The notes: generated from the sequence alone by a model not told the origin. Counted from the first letter of the stretch, positions 1 through 13,689 are shown. The stretch: DNA of 64,000 bases from Lingula anatina (GCA_051362555.1 CM120640.1:19468001-19532000), one strand, 5' to 3'. Made by a program: numbers and translations.

Positions 1-3000
1 ACGTGCAACTCAAGCAGTTTGAGGAGAGTGCAGCGCCACAAGGCTGGACTTGTCACTGGGACAGGTATGGCCATTTTATCTCAGTTCTCCCTCTGTGTCC
101 AGACCTCTGTATTGATGCTGTATTCCACAACATAGTCATTGGAAAGGGAACATTGCAGTGTAGGGTAGCATGGTTCTGTGATACCAGTCAGATTATGAGT
201 AAAGACACTGACCCAAGTTGACATTCCAGTTAAAATTGACAGTATTGTCTACTGCTTGTTTCTGTGTCATGCACACTGCTTCTATATATGTTTATGTATA
301 TGAACACGTGCAGTTTGCACAATGTCCTTTCCCTATGCTCCCATGCCTAGTTTCTCCATGTTTGAAGAACTTGGAAGAATTGAAGATAGAAGAACACAGA
401 TGAAGCACAAGGTGGTGAGTAGTATCAAAGTGCAGGCTTGAGAAAAGCAGAGCATATGAAGTCTTATTTTATGTATTGTTTTAATCAGTGTTTTGCTTAG
501 TGAATACCAACAACCGTTTTATATTAACATTTTGTAAAGAGAGTAAATAAAATAAAATTGCCAGTAATGTTTAATATCAATGTGATGAGGTAGATTGTGT
601 TAATATGTTAAATGTGTTGCTTACCAGGTAGAAGTACTATACTTACAGCTCTAATATCAACGGACAGAGCTGATGCCTGCTTTCCTCAAGACTGTCTTTT
701 TAAATTTCAATATTAATCTTCAAGGTGCCTACTTACAGGCACCTGAATATGTTTTTGTATTTAAATGCTTGTATCTTTATTTTATTTTTCAGACAAATTG
801 CAGCTGTTTAATCACCCAAACAAATGAAAGCAGCAGAACTGAATCTGAGAGAGGTGATCCAGATGACAGTTCTCAGAAATGTGTCATTTTCTTTTCAGAA
901 TATTTTCATTGAGCAGACTAGTTTCTTCTTTTTGTGTATACACACTCTGATCTGTCTTAATCTTCTACAGTGAAACTGGAAGAAATCTGGTGGTATGCAT
1001 ATTAAGATATAAAACTAGCTGCTCAAATTGAGAGCTTTAAATTATCCTGGAAACTCTTTTCTTTTTCATGTACATAATGTAGAACATACAGGCGCTACTT
1101 CTACATGAATGGCACTACTGGAGAATCTCAGTGGGAATACCCAGATGTCAGTAAAGATCAGAAGCCAGTGGAGACACCTAGTGAGCTACCTTCATCCACA
1201 GAAGTAGACGATAATGATACAGAAGAAGAGGAGAGTTTGCATCCTGAGAAATCTCAAGTTTTTGAAGTTTCATCTTCTTCTGTAAGTCTTCAATTTTTTA
1301 AAATGTTTTTTATATTTCATTTTTCCATGTACAAATTAAGAGAAATAGGCTCTTTTTTGAAAAGTTTTCTATATTTCATTTATTTTATATAAAAATTAAG
1401 AGAAATAAGCTATGGCAGGGTTAGTTTTTTCAAAAAAATAAATTGCCGAAATATGTGAATGCCTTTAGAATTTTAAAGTTGATTGTGTAATAGAAATTGG
1501 ATGTTATATTATTTCATGAGAAAAATTGGGTCAAGGTTACAGATTGTTTTACAAATCAATCAGTTTCTTTAAGTCTTCATGTATTTTGTCCAGGCTGAAC
1601 AAATTGATTCTGCACCTTATCCAGCTGGTGTTGGGAGTGCCTTGGCAAGTAAGTACACTGAAAATAATATTAAGCAAGGTAAATATATGAACATGTATGA
1701 CCAATTGATAGTTTAGAAATATATTTTTGTTTGAATCGTGATTTGAAATGAGATATCTTATTTGATATGAAGGATTTATCAAAGCATATTTTTCTATTAA
1801 TTGCAGGGCTTCGGGCAACATATGATGTTTCCCAAGTTGATGGGGATGAAGATAAGATGGATTCATCCACCAATCCAGAAGCGCTACCACCCCTTTCCTC
1901 CGGTACAGAAGATCCTAGCCCCCCATCTTTTTACACTTCTGCACCACCTCCACCACCCCCTGATCAATCAGATGCCCAACCACCACCCCCTCCTCCACCC
2001 AGCTCCAGCCCCCCACCTCCACCTCCTCTGAGTTCAAGCCCTCCACCCCCACCCCCTCCACCTGCCAGCTCAAGTCCACCCCCTCCTCCCCCTTCAGGCA
2101 GCAATAATCCCCCTCCTCCTCCTCCCCCAGAAGGTTCATATACCCCTCCACCTCCCCCTCTCTCAAACTCAAGTTATCCACAGTTGTACAGTTCAGGTGC
2201 TCCACCCCCTCCGCCTAGTGTACTTCTACCGCCACCCCCTCCCCCTCCACCTGAATCTTCAGGTACAGTAGATATGGATGTTGATACAGACAGCCAGGAC
2301 GTAGACCAGCTTTATGAGCCAGACCATCCAACTTCTTCAGATTATGACAATTTTTATCAAACAATGACTACACAAGATAATAAAGCTGGTGTCATGGCAG
2401 ATTCAGGTCTTGTGACTGGCTCCACTGGGACAGACAGCAATGGAAGTGTCATCATAGCAAGGCCTCCCCAGCCTACAAACCCTCCTGGAGTTATAGCTAA
2501 TCAATCACAGATATTTCAAGCTACCACTATGTCTGGAGAAGCATGGAATACACAGTATACTAGTGGACAGTTTAGTGCTTTGTCTCAACCCACTGTGGGG
2601 AAATCAGTGCAGGCATCTGCTCCACAGACAGTTCTAACATCGACAGAAACTCCACAAGAAATTCAGCATAGCAATACAGCAACAAGTAGTTCTACAACAC
2701 ATAAGCATGGGAAAGGGGAAAAGAAGAAAAAGAAAAAGGACAAAGTGAGTATATAAACTGAAAGTCATGCAAAGATAGTGGGAAAATCTTGGGTAGTTTG
2801 CCTCAGAAGAAATTTTTATTGTATGTTAGTGCATGGTACTTCAAAAAAAAAAAATTTTTTTTTTTTTGCAGTCTCCATTGATTTCACATACGCTTTCAAT
2901 TGTTATTTCTCTTAAAACCGTTGCTTTACACCCCAGACATGAATATAAGTCAAAGGTACTTTAAGCCTTTGATTTTTTAAGTTGTGTTTCCTAATGCGGA

Positions 3001-3215
3001 AATCACCATGAAAACTTAATTTTCATTTTCAGGGTCTGCTCCCAACAGGGTTGTCTATGAAGAAGAAAAATGTGTCCTCAATGGTACAAAAATGGCAAAA
3101 TGTACAAAAAGAGGTTGAAATTCAAGCAGCTAAAGAAGCCCAGGAAGAAGAAAGGAAGAAAAGAGATGCTTTACTGTACAGTGAGAGGCGGTCAGAGGAG
3201 ATAAGGCTAGAGTGA
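1..3215 (+). CDS. FNBP4: Formin-binding protein 4, 3' part (5' end outside window). Exons <1-64, 1083-1281, 1594-1648, 1807-2744, 3033-3215
   Basis: GT-AG exons join in phase. Second WW domain APQGWTCHWDR|TYRRYFYMNGTTGESQWEYP, long polyproline tract, Lys-rich stretch, and SMVQKWQNVQKEVE, which resembles the FNBP4 C-terminal SLVKKWQSIQREL motif (recalled). Stop TGA at 3213-3215; an alternative last exon 3500-3521 is possible. Confidence 0.88.
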
Positions 3216-4277
3216 GTACGGATTTAGTTATGAACTGTCTGCTGAATGCAGTGTAGCTTTTTACATGTCTACCTTCTGTGAAACATTATGTATCAATGAG
3301 CGTCAGCAGTTGATAATACACACTCTCTCTCTTTCTCTCTTTTTAATGTCCTTGTGGTCACCAAGATATTGGTCATCTATCTAGACCTGTGTCAGTTTAT
3401 ACATATGGTATTTGTGAAATTTTTGTAGTCTTTGCATATCTTCAACCCTAGTTTTGAGTTTGTTGGCTACAATTTGATATGGTTTTTATTTTCTTCAAGG
3501 GATGTGAAACAGAAATACTAAAAGTAAAGAACACATCAGAGAAGTCCAATCCCAAAGTCAATCACCTGAAGAAAATTCTGCATCTGAAGCTTAAGTATGT
3601 CTGCCAATGACGGTAAAAAAAAAATTCAAAATCGCTTTCAAGAAGGACAGCAATACAGCATAATATGCGTACTGATTCTAAGATTAGTTAATAGCAGCTA
3701 AGTTGGTAGCAGGGAATTTAATTTATAGGACATGGCCTTCATTTTGATATCACCAAATTACTACTCTGCAGCCAGAGTCACCAGTGGCAGGGTGGCAGGA
3801 AGTCACCATCCACATGACAAGATTTACGGTGACAGAACATTGCTTTGGAACATTTTGAATATTATTTGATGGTCCTGATAAAGAACTGCAGTTGCATTGA
3901 GTGACTGATGTAAGTGGTACCTGTAATGTCCACATCAATAAAACTATTATTATTATAAACTGTTCATGTTGTTTGCTTATTTGACTCTGTTTAAAATACC
4001 TGTAAGGGTAAATTATTGTCTACTAGGAGAGAATGATAAGACCAATAATAAATACATAGAATATTTATTTACAAATATACAGGCTGAGAAAATCGTTCAC
4101 ATGATCTATTTCATAAATTTTACAGAAGTGCTAATAGTCTCATGATAAATGTCTGAGAACTTCTTCATGCCAATAAATGTCCTGATTGTTCCTTTCCCTG
4201 TCAAAATTACTGTAAAATATTAGCTTTAAGTCTCATCTTGCTATAAAAAGGCTGTCAATATAAGAATAGGTAGTTCT

Positions 4278-7200
4278 TTAGGGTTTCCACGTGATCACTT
4301 TTACAGCAATGTTTGCATGTTTCACAACTGCAGGAATTGCATCATTTGTCCTCTTCCGGATCTGAAATGCCAATCAATCTCATTTATACACCATAAATAC
4401 AGAAAAAAAGGTACATTTCAATTTTACACCCATGGGAAAGTTTCAGGATTGGAAGACATTACATAAATTGTGGCAAGTAACTTTTTAAGAAATGATTTAA
4501 TTGCCTAATTATATTATAATTTGTTTTTGAACATGTCAACATGATTCTTTAAAACTCATATTTCTACATAGTTGAATTAACCATGAAAATCATCAATATT
4601 CAGGCTGACTACAAGTTCTGCGTGCAATTTTTTTTATTTTCATGGTCATTTTAGTCATCATGAGGCATTTACCTGATCAATGTGATTCAAAAGCTCCTGT
4701 CTGCCTTCTGGAGCTTCAGCTAAGCATGTGATTGCCTGGAAGATTACAAGATATTTTTCTAACAATTCAAAATTGTTAAACATGATTGGTATTTTGTCTC
4801 GTGTAAATTCTCTTAAGTTATCAACTGAATTATGTGCAACATTTTGCGTTATTTACAAATTTATGATCCCACAAAAGAAATAGTTGTCACATAAAAAAAA
4901 TGGTTTTTAAAAACTTGACAAAAATATTCTCATTATTTTTGGAAAACTGTTGTGTTATTGTGGCAGACTAAGATATGACTTACCTTGAGGGCATTTGCTC
5001 TAACTTCACTATTTTCATCATCAACCAGTTTGACCAATGGCTCAATGGCATTGCAGTTCAATGCTGTGTATTTCCCTTTAGTAGTGATGGTTATACTGTC
5101 AAGAGAGAACATTTTCCATATTATAAATTGTGTGGTCAATTAATGGGAATTAATTTTCTCTTTGAATAAGTTGTGCACTTTCTAATGCAAGAGAGACGGA
5201 AACATGTTCTTTAACATTTATATCATTTCAAGGTTATGACATTGTTTTCCCTAGTATTGTTTCTCTCTCTCTCACTCACTCTCTCTCTCTCATTTTTTTC
5301 TTGAAAGAAAACTTGTATGTGTGTATGTAACAAGCTGAAGCTGTAACACTAACAGTTGTACAATACTTACGTCATTATTGCACCTGCAGCACTGGCTCTC
5401 ACATCAGCATCAGAATCTTTCAGAAGCTCAACCAGTGAAGCCACAGATCCAACCTCGACTGCCTTGTTTTTGCCATCAAGGGGAACACTGAAAGAATCAA
5501 TAGATACAATACATACATTTTTTGTCCTCTTGTGATATAAAAAAATGATTTCATCTGCATTATTTTGGTTTCTGTGACTCTCATTCTCTGTCTGGAAATT
5601 GTGTTTTATCTTACAGTTAAAAACGAATGGTTTTAAAATGGGGTTTGACAAGAAACAAGTAATCATGTCAAAAGAAACAAAGATAATTTTTTCTTTTTTA
5701 AATAATATATTAAATCTTGCCTTAGATCCATGATATCCCTAGCTGCCTTAGCCCTAATAACAGGTGTCCCATGTTGCAGATGGTTTGTAAACACCTGCAT
5801 GGCCTCTGCCCTCAAAGCATGTGCAGTGTCTACACGCATACAGAAGTGCAATGTGTCTAGGATAAGTTCCTGGCAAGATAAAGGTTTGAGCATATCCATA
5901 ACTATGGCATATAAAGAACTTTGCTTTACAGAATTGCCTCATGAGCAAATCAGTGTTCTTTTCAACACAATTACTTTATGTGTAAAAGACTTAAATGGTG
6001 CAAAAAAAAAAAAAAAAAAAAGGTTCTGTTTTTTTAAGGGAGAGACAATTTTTTCACATTTAAAGTTATGAAATAAAATATCTTACCTTGATTTCATCAT
6101 GTTCCGTTTTTAGCTTTTCTACAAGCACTGGAACTAAATTTGCTTCCACAATACCTTCAGCACCTAAAATATGTTGACATAACAATAATATTCATTTTTG
6201 CAACACAAAATGTAGTGACTGTTCTGAGTGCCAAAATGTAACTTTTCCATATTTAACTTTCAGTCAAGTTTTTAAAGGGACAGCTACAGAAAATGTGAAT
6301 GATAGTTATATTTTAGAAAAAGCATAACATGTAATACTTATAATCAATAACAATCTTACCTGTCATTGTTTCTGACACCATTTCCATTGCTTTGTGTGCA
6401 TTTTTTCTAACAATATCTTCTTTGTCAGCAAAAAGTTTTGATAATGGAATGATGATGTTTTGGTCCAAAAATGCTTCTCTCCCAACTGCATAACCTAATG
6501 ATGATGATGATTTAGGTGTGATTATTATTACTCTCAGTATAGTTCAAGGTATTCTTTTTTGAGAGATATTTCAAGCAATATTGAATACATGGCTTAATTT
6601 TACAAATGAAATGCAAGGCAGTTTGCTTGAACTTTAAAACAATACCATTCCACCCCTCTGCAAACACACATATGCACAGATTGTATTTTAATTTTCATTT
6701 AACAAACACGAAGATGTATTTTCACACATAAATACCTGCTATAATGTATAAACACTCTGTAGCCTTCTGTCTCACTGTGACATCTTTATCATCTAACAGG
6801 CCCTTCAGACTTTCTGGAATTCCTGAGGTAAAATAAAAATATTATATCTTTGAGAAAATGACAATGATTTTGGACCAGTTTGAAGACTCATTGCTTACTT
6901 CTTTTAGTTTACGACATTGTGTGTACTTAGAACAAGAGTACTAGTTTATTTACATCAAGAGCATACCTTGTCTTAGAGCCTCTGCTATGTGTTCTGGGTC
7001 GTGTAAATAGTCACACAATGATCTGACAGCTCTTTGCCTTGTGAGTAAATTTAGGTCTATCAGCTCTCGGTTCTGAAAAATTAATAATAATAACAATGAA
7101 AATTAAACTTCTATGACATTTAGTTGAATAGAGTGAATTTTGTTTTCAAAAGGATGAAATCACCACCAGCCTATATGTTTGTGCTTGAGAAAGAGGAAGG

Positions 7201-7438
7201 GAGGATCAACTTCTTAAACTAAAGTAAGAAACAATCTTTATGTGCATGCATTTCATGCCATGTGTGTGTGTGTGCATGCGTGTGTGCATGTGTGTTAAAA
7301 CACTGCTTGATTAAATAGTATTTGCTATAAAGTATATAGACTTACCAATCTTGGCAGTGCTCGATCTCCATAAGCTAGAGGAGCTCTTGTCACATCTATG
7401 TGTGGGGGCATTTTGGCTGATATGACAGTTTCTGCCAT
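4278..7438 (-). CDS. RSPH14: Radial spoke head 14 homolog (ARM-repeat ciliary protein), 340 aa. Exons 7438-7346, 7072-6967, 6822-6736, 6494-6360, 6163-6087, 5869-5721, 5487-5371, 5095-4984, 4735-4673, 4361-4278
   Basis: Ten exons join into 1023 nt with no internal stop. N-terminus ...TRAPLAYGDRALPRLNREL...LTRQRAVRSLCDYLHDPE, internal LAEAPEGR and C-terminal AVKVITWKP* match RSPH14/RTDR1 hallmarks. One intron needs a GC donor. Confidence 0.92.
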
Positions 7439-8415
7439 TGTTAGTTTTCACCCTGAAATAAGTTTTATCATTCATGTAGTTTCATTTGCAAAAGGTAAAT
7501 AGTCAATACAGTTTAGTATATCACTGAGCATGGTTTCAACTTATAAATACATGTTCTGTTAGCTTATGACTTTATTGTGGAAAAAGGGTCACTTATGAAA
7601 ACTGTAAAAGCACATGTGGGAGTGTACAAACTGTGGAACATGTTCTGTGTGACTGTCTTGTCTGCTGGGCTTGAGAAAGATATTTACTAACTTGGATTTT
7701 TAGAGCAGTCACAGCTTTTTGGGCAAACAAATATATTAGCGATATATGTAAACATTTTTTATCTCTCGAATTCAATTTTTAATGCTTGACTTGCTGATAT
7801 TGTGAAAAAGAAAAAAATCCTCTGAGACTCTATTTCTTGTACTTCTGCTAACAATTCAGAATAAAAGATCAGCTGTCTTTACTGGGAAAACTATGAAGGA
7901 TACAAAGACATTTATTGCAGGTGACTATGATTCTAGACACTCTGGCTCAATAACTGAAAATGCCCCAGCCTTTTATGTTAGAAGCAATATCATGCTATTT
8001 GAAGTTACCAGGTAAAGGCTAAAACTGCACTATGAAATTAAAATTCCCAGAATAATTATAACTATAAACAGAATAGTTTTAACTGGACCCATCTGAACAA
8101 TGCTGCTGTACACGCAGACACTGTAGTGGACTTAAAGTCCAAGTTGATGTGATAAACTCTTTCTCTCCGTTATAATGACACCAATTTTGGTCCTTTCCGC
8201 GATATATTATCGACTCCGGCCTTTCTAATCATTGGTGTTTTTCAGCCAGGTAAACAGCTCATTTGACATGTTTAAAACAAAAAATTAACAATACCAACTT
8301 TCTGATTTTTTAAAATATGTAAATGTGTGCAATCAATAGTATAACTGTATGGAAACATACCTTTTAAACCCTAATTGATTGTCGAGAATAGTATTCCTAG
8401 ATTTTCTTTCCAGTG

Positions 8416-8449
8416 GTTGCTATATAAACTTCCTTAGTGCGCACGCGTG
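8416..8449. promoter_or_regulatory. Putative bidirectional promoter core between RSPH14 (-) and the PRR19-like gene (+): X-box-like GTTGCTATATAAAC (8416-8429) and NRF1-like TGCGCACGCGTG (8438-8449)
   Basis: Motifs read directly. A minus-strand donor (GTATGT) at 8360 suggests a non-coding RSPH14 first exon beginning near here. RFX X-boxes are typical of ciliary gene promoters. Confidence 0.5.
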
Positions 8450-9572
8450 AAACCTCAAATATCACATTTAATTTAGTTTTCGAGGAAAAGAAAATATTAG
8501 ATTTAAATTTAACACTGTAAAACATAATATTAATTTTCAATTTGAATTAACATAATTTATGAAAAATTATTTTAGCTATATAAAGATAGTAATTTAAATG
8601 TATCAAATAGCAAATGTTAAATAAACTAATAGCAAAAGAGCTGACCAACTCTTACGATGCGGGAACTTATGAATTGACATTTCTTACGCCGAAATTTAAA
8701 AAATGCTCTTTTTGGTCAATTTCTAAGATTTTTAAACTCTGATATTGAAGAAATTCTGGCTTTTCTACATTTAATTCATGCGGATCCAGGTTGTTTTTAT
8801 GCGTTTTATTAAGATTTGATCACTCGACCCTCCACCCTTCCAGATTTTCAGTGTTAGTGACCCTGGTACAGTGGTGAGGGGATTAGTAGTGAGTACTTCA
8901 AGGATATTCCCAGTCACAGATTCCAGGATATTAAATACTTTTGTCTGGCGATGCAAACGGGATAAAAGTAAGTTATGCATGTTTAAAACTAAAAAGACTG
9001 TTCAAGTGTTTGCAATCGAATTTTATTCCATTTGAAAGTTGTATTCTGTGCAATTTATGTGTTCATATTGATTTCCCTGACTTCTCTTTGTTGCATTTGT
9101 TCCATTTTTCTGTAGCCAGAAATATTCCTTGTACTTCTATGTTAAACAGGCACAAATTAATCATATATTCTCAATATACTGGGGTATGTGTCATGTTAAA
9201 TTAGGTACATCTGCCGAAATATGTTGAAGTATGTCTGATGTAATAAGAATAAAAAATGTAAATTTTGAGTTTGTTGTGATTATATTGTATAAATAGATAC
9301 TAGTATAAAAATTTAACCAAATGGGGTACTATAAACAATAGGGTGGCATCAGTATGATCATGTTACACATGCCAAATACTGGTACTTGTTCATGCCATCA
9401 GCCTGTTCCATAATAAAAAATACTATCATAATTTATACCATTCATAACATAGGCCAGAATTAATTATTTGATTTTAAAAAATGAAGTTATCCTATTTTAT
9501 GAACCAAACAGTGTGCTATTAAAAATTTGATTTGGCTTTGGCAATTAAGGAAATTATTTAATACTATAGGCT

Positions 9573-12500
9573 ATGAATCGCCATGAAGAAACCAGCAAAC
9601 ACAAACATAAAAGAAGGAAAACAGGGGCAGAGAGGGACAGGATCAGGACCAGACTTCAAGCAAAGGTTTGAAAAAATATTGTAGCATTGTAATTTTAATT
9701 AACATCTGTATCAATATTATTCAGATTTATTTATTTTGAAATTTTCAAATTACTTGCCCAAATATTGTCTAATACATGGTTAATTATTAAATATAAATTA
9801 TTTGTGAGTGTTTTGCAATTCATACCAAAGTGACAAGCTTGACTTTTTATTTTTCTTAATTTTAAGTTTTGAAAAATCTCTATCTTTATTTTCAGAGATC
9901 AAAAGCAAATGAGCATAAGAGACATACAGATTGTATTGATCCTTTGCTGGTAGGTATGAATAACCTTACAGATCCAATAAATGTACCCTAAATTTGAACT
10001 TGCTTTTTATATACATTTTATTTTCATGTATTTTGGAAATATTCTCCACCCCAAATAATTTGGTCTGAAATTATGCCTTTACAATGTTGTCAACCTTATC
10101 AAGAAAGAAAAGTTTGTGGCCATCCTGGTGTAGGTCATTGTAATGACTGTAAATGGGGATGTGGCATTTCGAGCAGAAGAATCTCATCACCTTATCCATG
10201 TGCTCTGGGCAGAAAATATTTTGCTGTTCTTGAATCTCTCTGTTTAGATGTTGATTAATGCCATATTTTCCTACTCTTTGACCACAGGGTACGCTAGTAG
10301 TCTGTTACAAAATTAATATTGTATTGGGCCCTGTGGGAATTGAGGTAAGTACCACATAGTAACAGGAACCCTTTCCTTGCCAGAAATAAACTTTGTGTTG
10401 GTCATTGGATGCAATTTCACATCTAGGCATTAAGTAGTGCAGATTCCAATTTTATGTAATACAGTCAAGTCAAGCATGGCCTCCCATTTATTCCATATAC
10501 CCAGCTGAGTGATCACACCCAATTATCCTCCTCTCCTGAGTCACCATTTAAGGGGTCAGGTAGATCCCAAATTGCACACAAGTTGATTGGTCAATTTTCC
10601 CACAGGGGCCTGTGCATTAATTGTGTATACAATTTTAAAGGTCCCTGTTATCAAATAATATTCAGTTAGAATCATTCACCCTCAGGTACAGCCATACCCA
10701 AAGACATGTATATATATTTATATATATCAGAATGCCCATACATGGCCCTGCCTGATGATAGTGCTATTAATCCCCAAAGCTTCAACATCTTCACTCTAAT
10801 GGTCCATGAGAGATCCCCCCCCCCCCATTTTATGTCACAAAAATACAAGAATAATAATTACTAAATACAAAAAAAAACTATGTATAGATTTTTTAAAACT
10901 TACACAGCATAATATGACATTGAAAACAAATAACCCACATGAAGTACATGTAACTGCAAGCATCCCACATGATATGTTTAACCTGCAAAATCTAAACAAA
11001 CATTGAACCACTATGTAATTCATAACCTGATATATGGGTAGTGGGGTTGCAAAAGTCGGAACTTTCCAGAACTATCTAATGGGATTGGAGCATTGGCAAT
11101 ATGGAGGTTCACAAGCATTTGGCACTTTTGTTGTCTTTTCTTTATTGCTACCAATATGTGGAAAGTGCAAAGTTTTTGGGTATAACTTATCCATTGAAGG
11201 GACAATTGATAAAAACCCAAGCACTTCTCTTGGGCCTAGCTGATAGGGGACATGAAGTTTATCTCGTCATTGGAGAACATGCTGCTGCAAAACTGCCGGT
11301 GAATGTGGTAGACAGCAAGGTACAAATTCTGACTTTCAGAACTCGATCTGCAGATGCCATGACATTTGAAAAATCACAGGCACAAAAGAATGGGCTTATG
11401 GCTTTTTTTGACGACCCAGTTGAGAGAGTTATACCACGCAAACTGATGGAATTTACACAAAAGATGAGAGAAATGTTCAGTACCCAGTACACTGAAGACA
11501 TGTTGAACGACACAAAATTCCACAAAAGAATAAAAGATTTAGAAATTGACATGGTAATTTTACACAACTGTTTTTTATTGTTCCCAACAGCATATCTGCT
11601 TCCTTATCAACATAATCTTCGCTACATCACTTCATCCCCTTTTACCCCGTTACCAATATCTGGGATGCCACTTCCTCCTTCCGTTATACCTCATCCAGTC
11701 AGCCCATTTTCAGATGAGATGACATTTCTTCAACGGACAGCAAATCTGCTGATATATAAGCTTACTGCATGGACATGGAATCCACCTAGAGTTCCTGACA
11801 AGTACTATACTACATATTTACCAGGAAAGGCAATGAAAAGTTCAAAAGAGTTGGTAGCTCTTTCTGAATTATTTGTATTAACAGGCAAGCACTCTGTTCT
11901 AGACTATCCTCAGCTGACTATGCCTAATGTCATTATTGCTGGGGGAGTGAACACCAGACCTGGAAAACCTCTGACCAGAGAACTGAAGTCTTTCATGGAA
12001 TCCCATAGAGAAGGTGTGATTGTTGTTTCATTTGGGTCATGGGCTGCCTATTTTCCTACCCATGTCACTAACAAAATGCTGGAAGTCTTTGCACAAGTCA
12101 AGCATGGAGTCATCTGGAAATTTACTGGCACCAAACCAAATCGGGTTCCTTCACATGTGAAACTTTTACCATGGATTCCACAGAATGATCTCTTGGCTCA
12201 TCCCAATACAAAGCTGTTTATTAGCCACTGTGGCAATGGAGGGTCATATGAAGCTCTTTACCATGGTATTCCAATACTTGGGTTCCCCCTTTTCTTGGAC
12301 CAGGTTTACAATGGCAACAGAGCCCGTAACAAGGGAATGGCGAGAATCATGAACATAGTAGATTTTACTTCTAACGAACTAGTGAACAATATCAAGGACA
12401 TGATCGAGAACTCAACTTACCTGACTGCTGCAAAGAAGTTATCTGCCATCTATAGGGATCAGCCGATGACTTCACAACAACTGGCCGCCTCCTGGATTGA

Positions 12501-13638
12501 GCATGTCCTTAAACATGGCGGCTCATACCTTCGCTCTGCTGGAGAACAGTTGCCATGGTATCAGTACTACCTTGTTGATGTGGTCCTATTTCTACTGTGC
12601 ATTGCTATTGTAATGGTGATACTTTGTATTGCTTGTTGTAAAATTTTATGTAAACTTTGCTGTAGTAAGAGAAAAGTGCTGGAAAAAATTAAAATAAGAT
12701 GATTTATTGTAGTTAGAGATCTTGATATGGAAATAAAATTTACAACTTCACCTTATCTGTGTGATTAAATGCTGAAAGAAAATTACTCTTTTTTAATAAG
12801 GTATTTCTGTTAAATAAAAATTTTGAAAAAAACTGATACAAATAAAAAAAATGGAATTTTAAGAAGACATGGTATAGCAGTAGTAGTAAATTTGAAGCAT
12901 TTCATTTTTGAGAAGTTTGTGACAATTTTCAACAAATTATTATCTTTACATATATCAATAATACTAAAGAAAAAAACAAGTATTTGAAGTTTAAATTGCC
13001 CATTTGCCTTATGACTTTTCTTCAAAATCTGTATTGGACATCATACCTGTTATAAAAATGTAGTAATATAGCACATTATTAAAATTGGTGGTTATTATGC
13101 TGTCAAGCATGCTGTAATATTGCATCAAAATTGACCAAAAGAAAAGTAGTTTGGAATAAAATCTTTTCAACTATCTTTAGATTTCTGACTTTTTGATAGT
13201 CAAAAATATCATTGGCCTAGCCCTCCCCCCCCCCCCCCCCCCCCGACCCAACTTTTTTCTAAATGGCACTCTCATTTCTGATAAAGACAATAAAAATTTT
13301 GATACCCATTATCCTCAAACTTATAGGAATGAAGTACAACTTGTTTAAGCCTGTCTGATGAAATTTTCATCAATAGGCACCGAAATCCAACCAATTACAT
13401 ACAGTTAATAAAATCAGGCATCATAATCCCAGGGTTGATGTGCTGGTTACATTATCTGAATGTCCACAAAAGTAGCAAATAACTAAAAATTGGTGGTCAT
13501 TTGCTCTTATGTAATATTATGTCAAAATTGACATGAAAAGCACATTTTGTGCACTTTCATTGTTAAACTGGGGTTTCATTATTTTTAGAGTGTTTTAATG
13601 TCACTGCTTCTATGAGTTAAATCTGTTATGGCTAAAGT

Positions 13639-13689
<51 letters not shown>

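Noticed and set aside
1801-2205. Alternative-frame and antisense ORFs over the FNBP4 polyproline exon
   Set aside because: Shadow ORFs of C-rich low-complexity coding sequence
8140-8225. CCGTTATAATGACACC..TTGGTCC segment resembling a pogo/Tigger-type MITE
   Set aside because: No matching terminal inverted repeat could be found; too degraded to call
8777-8850. GCGGATCCAGG.. possible MITE left end
   Set aside because: No partner TIR identified
11259-11567. 102-aa antisense ORF within the UGT
   Set aside because: No recognisable motif; ordinary antisense shadow
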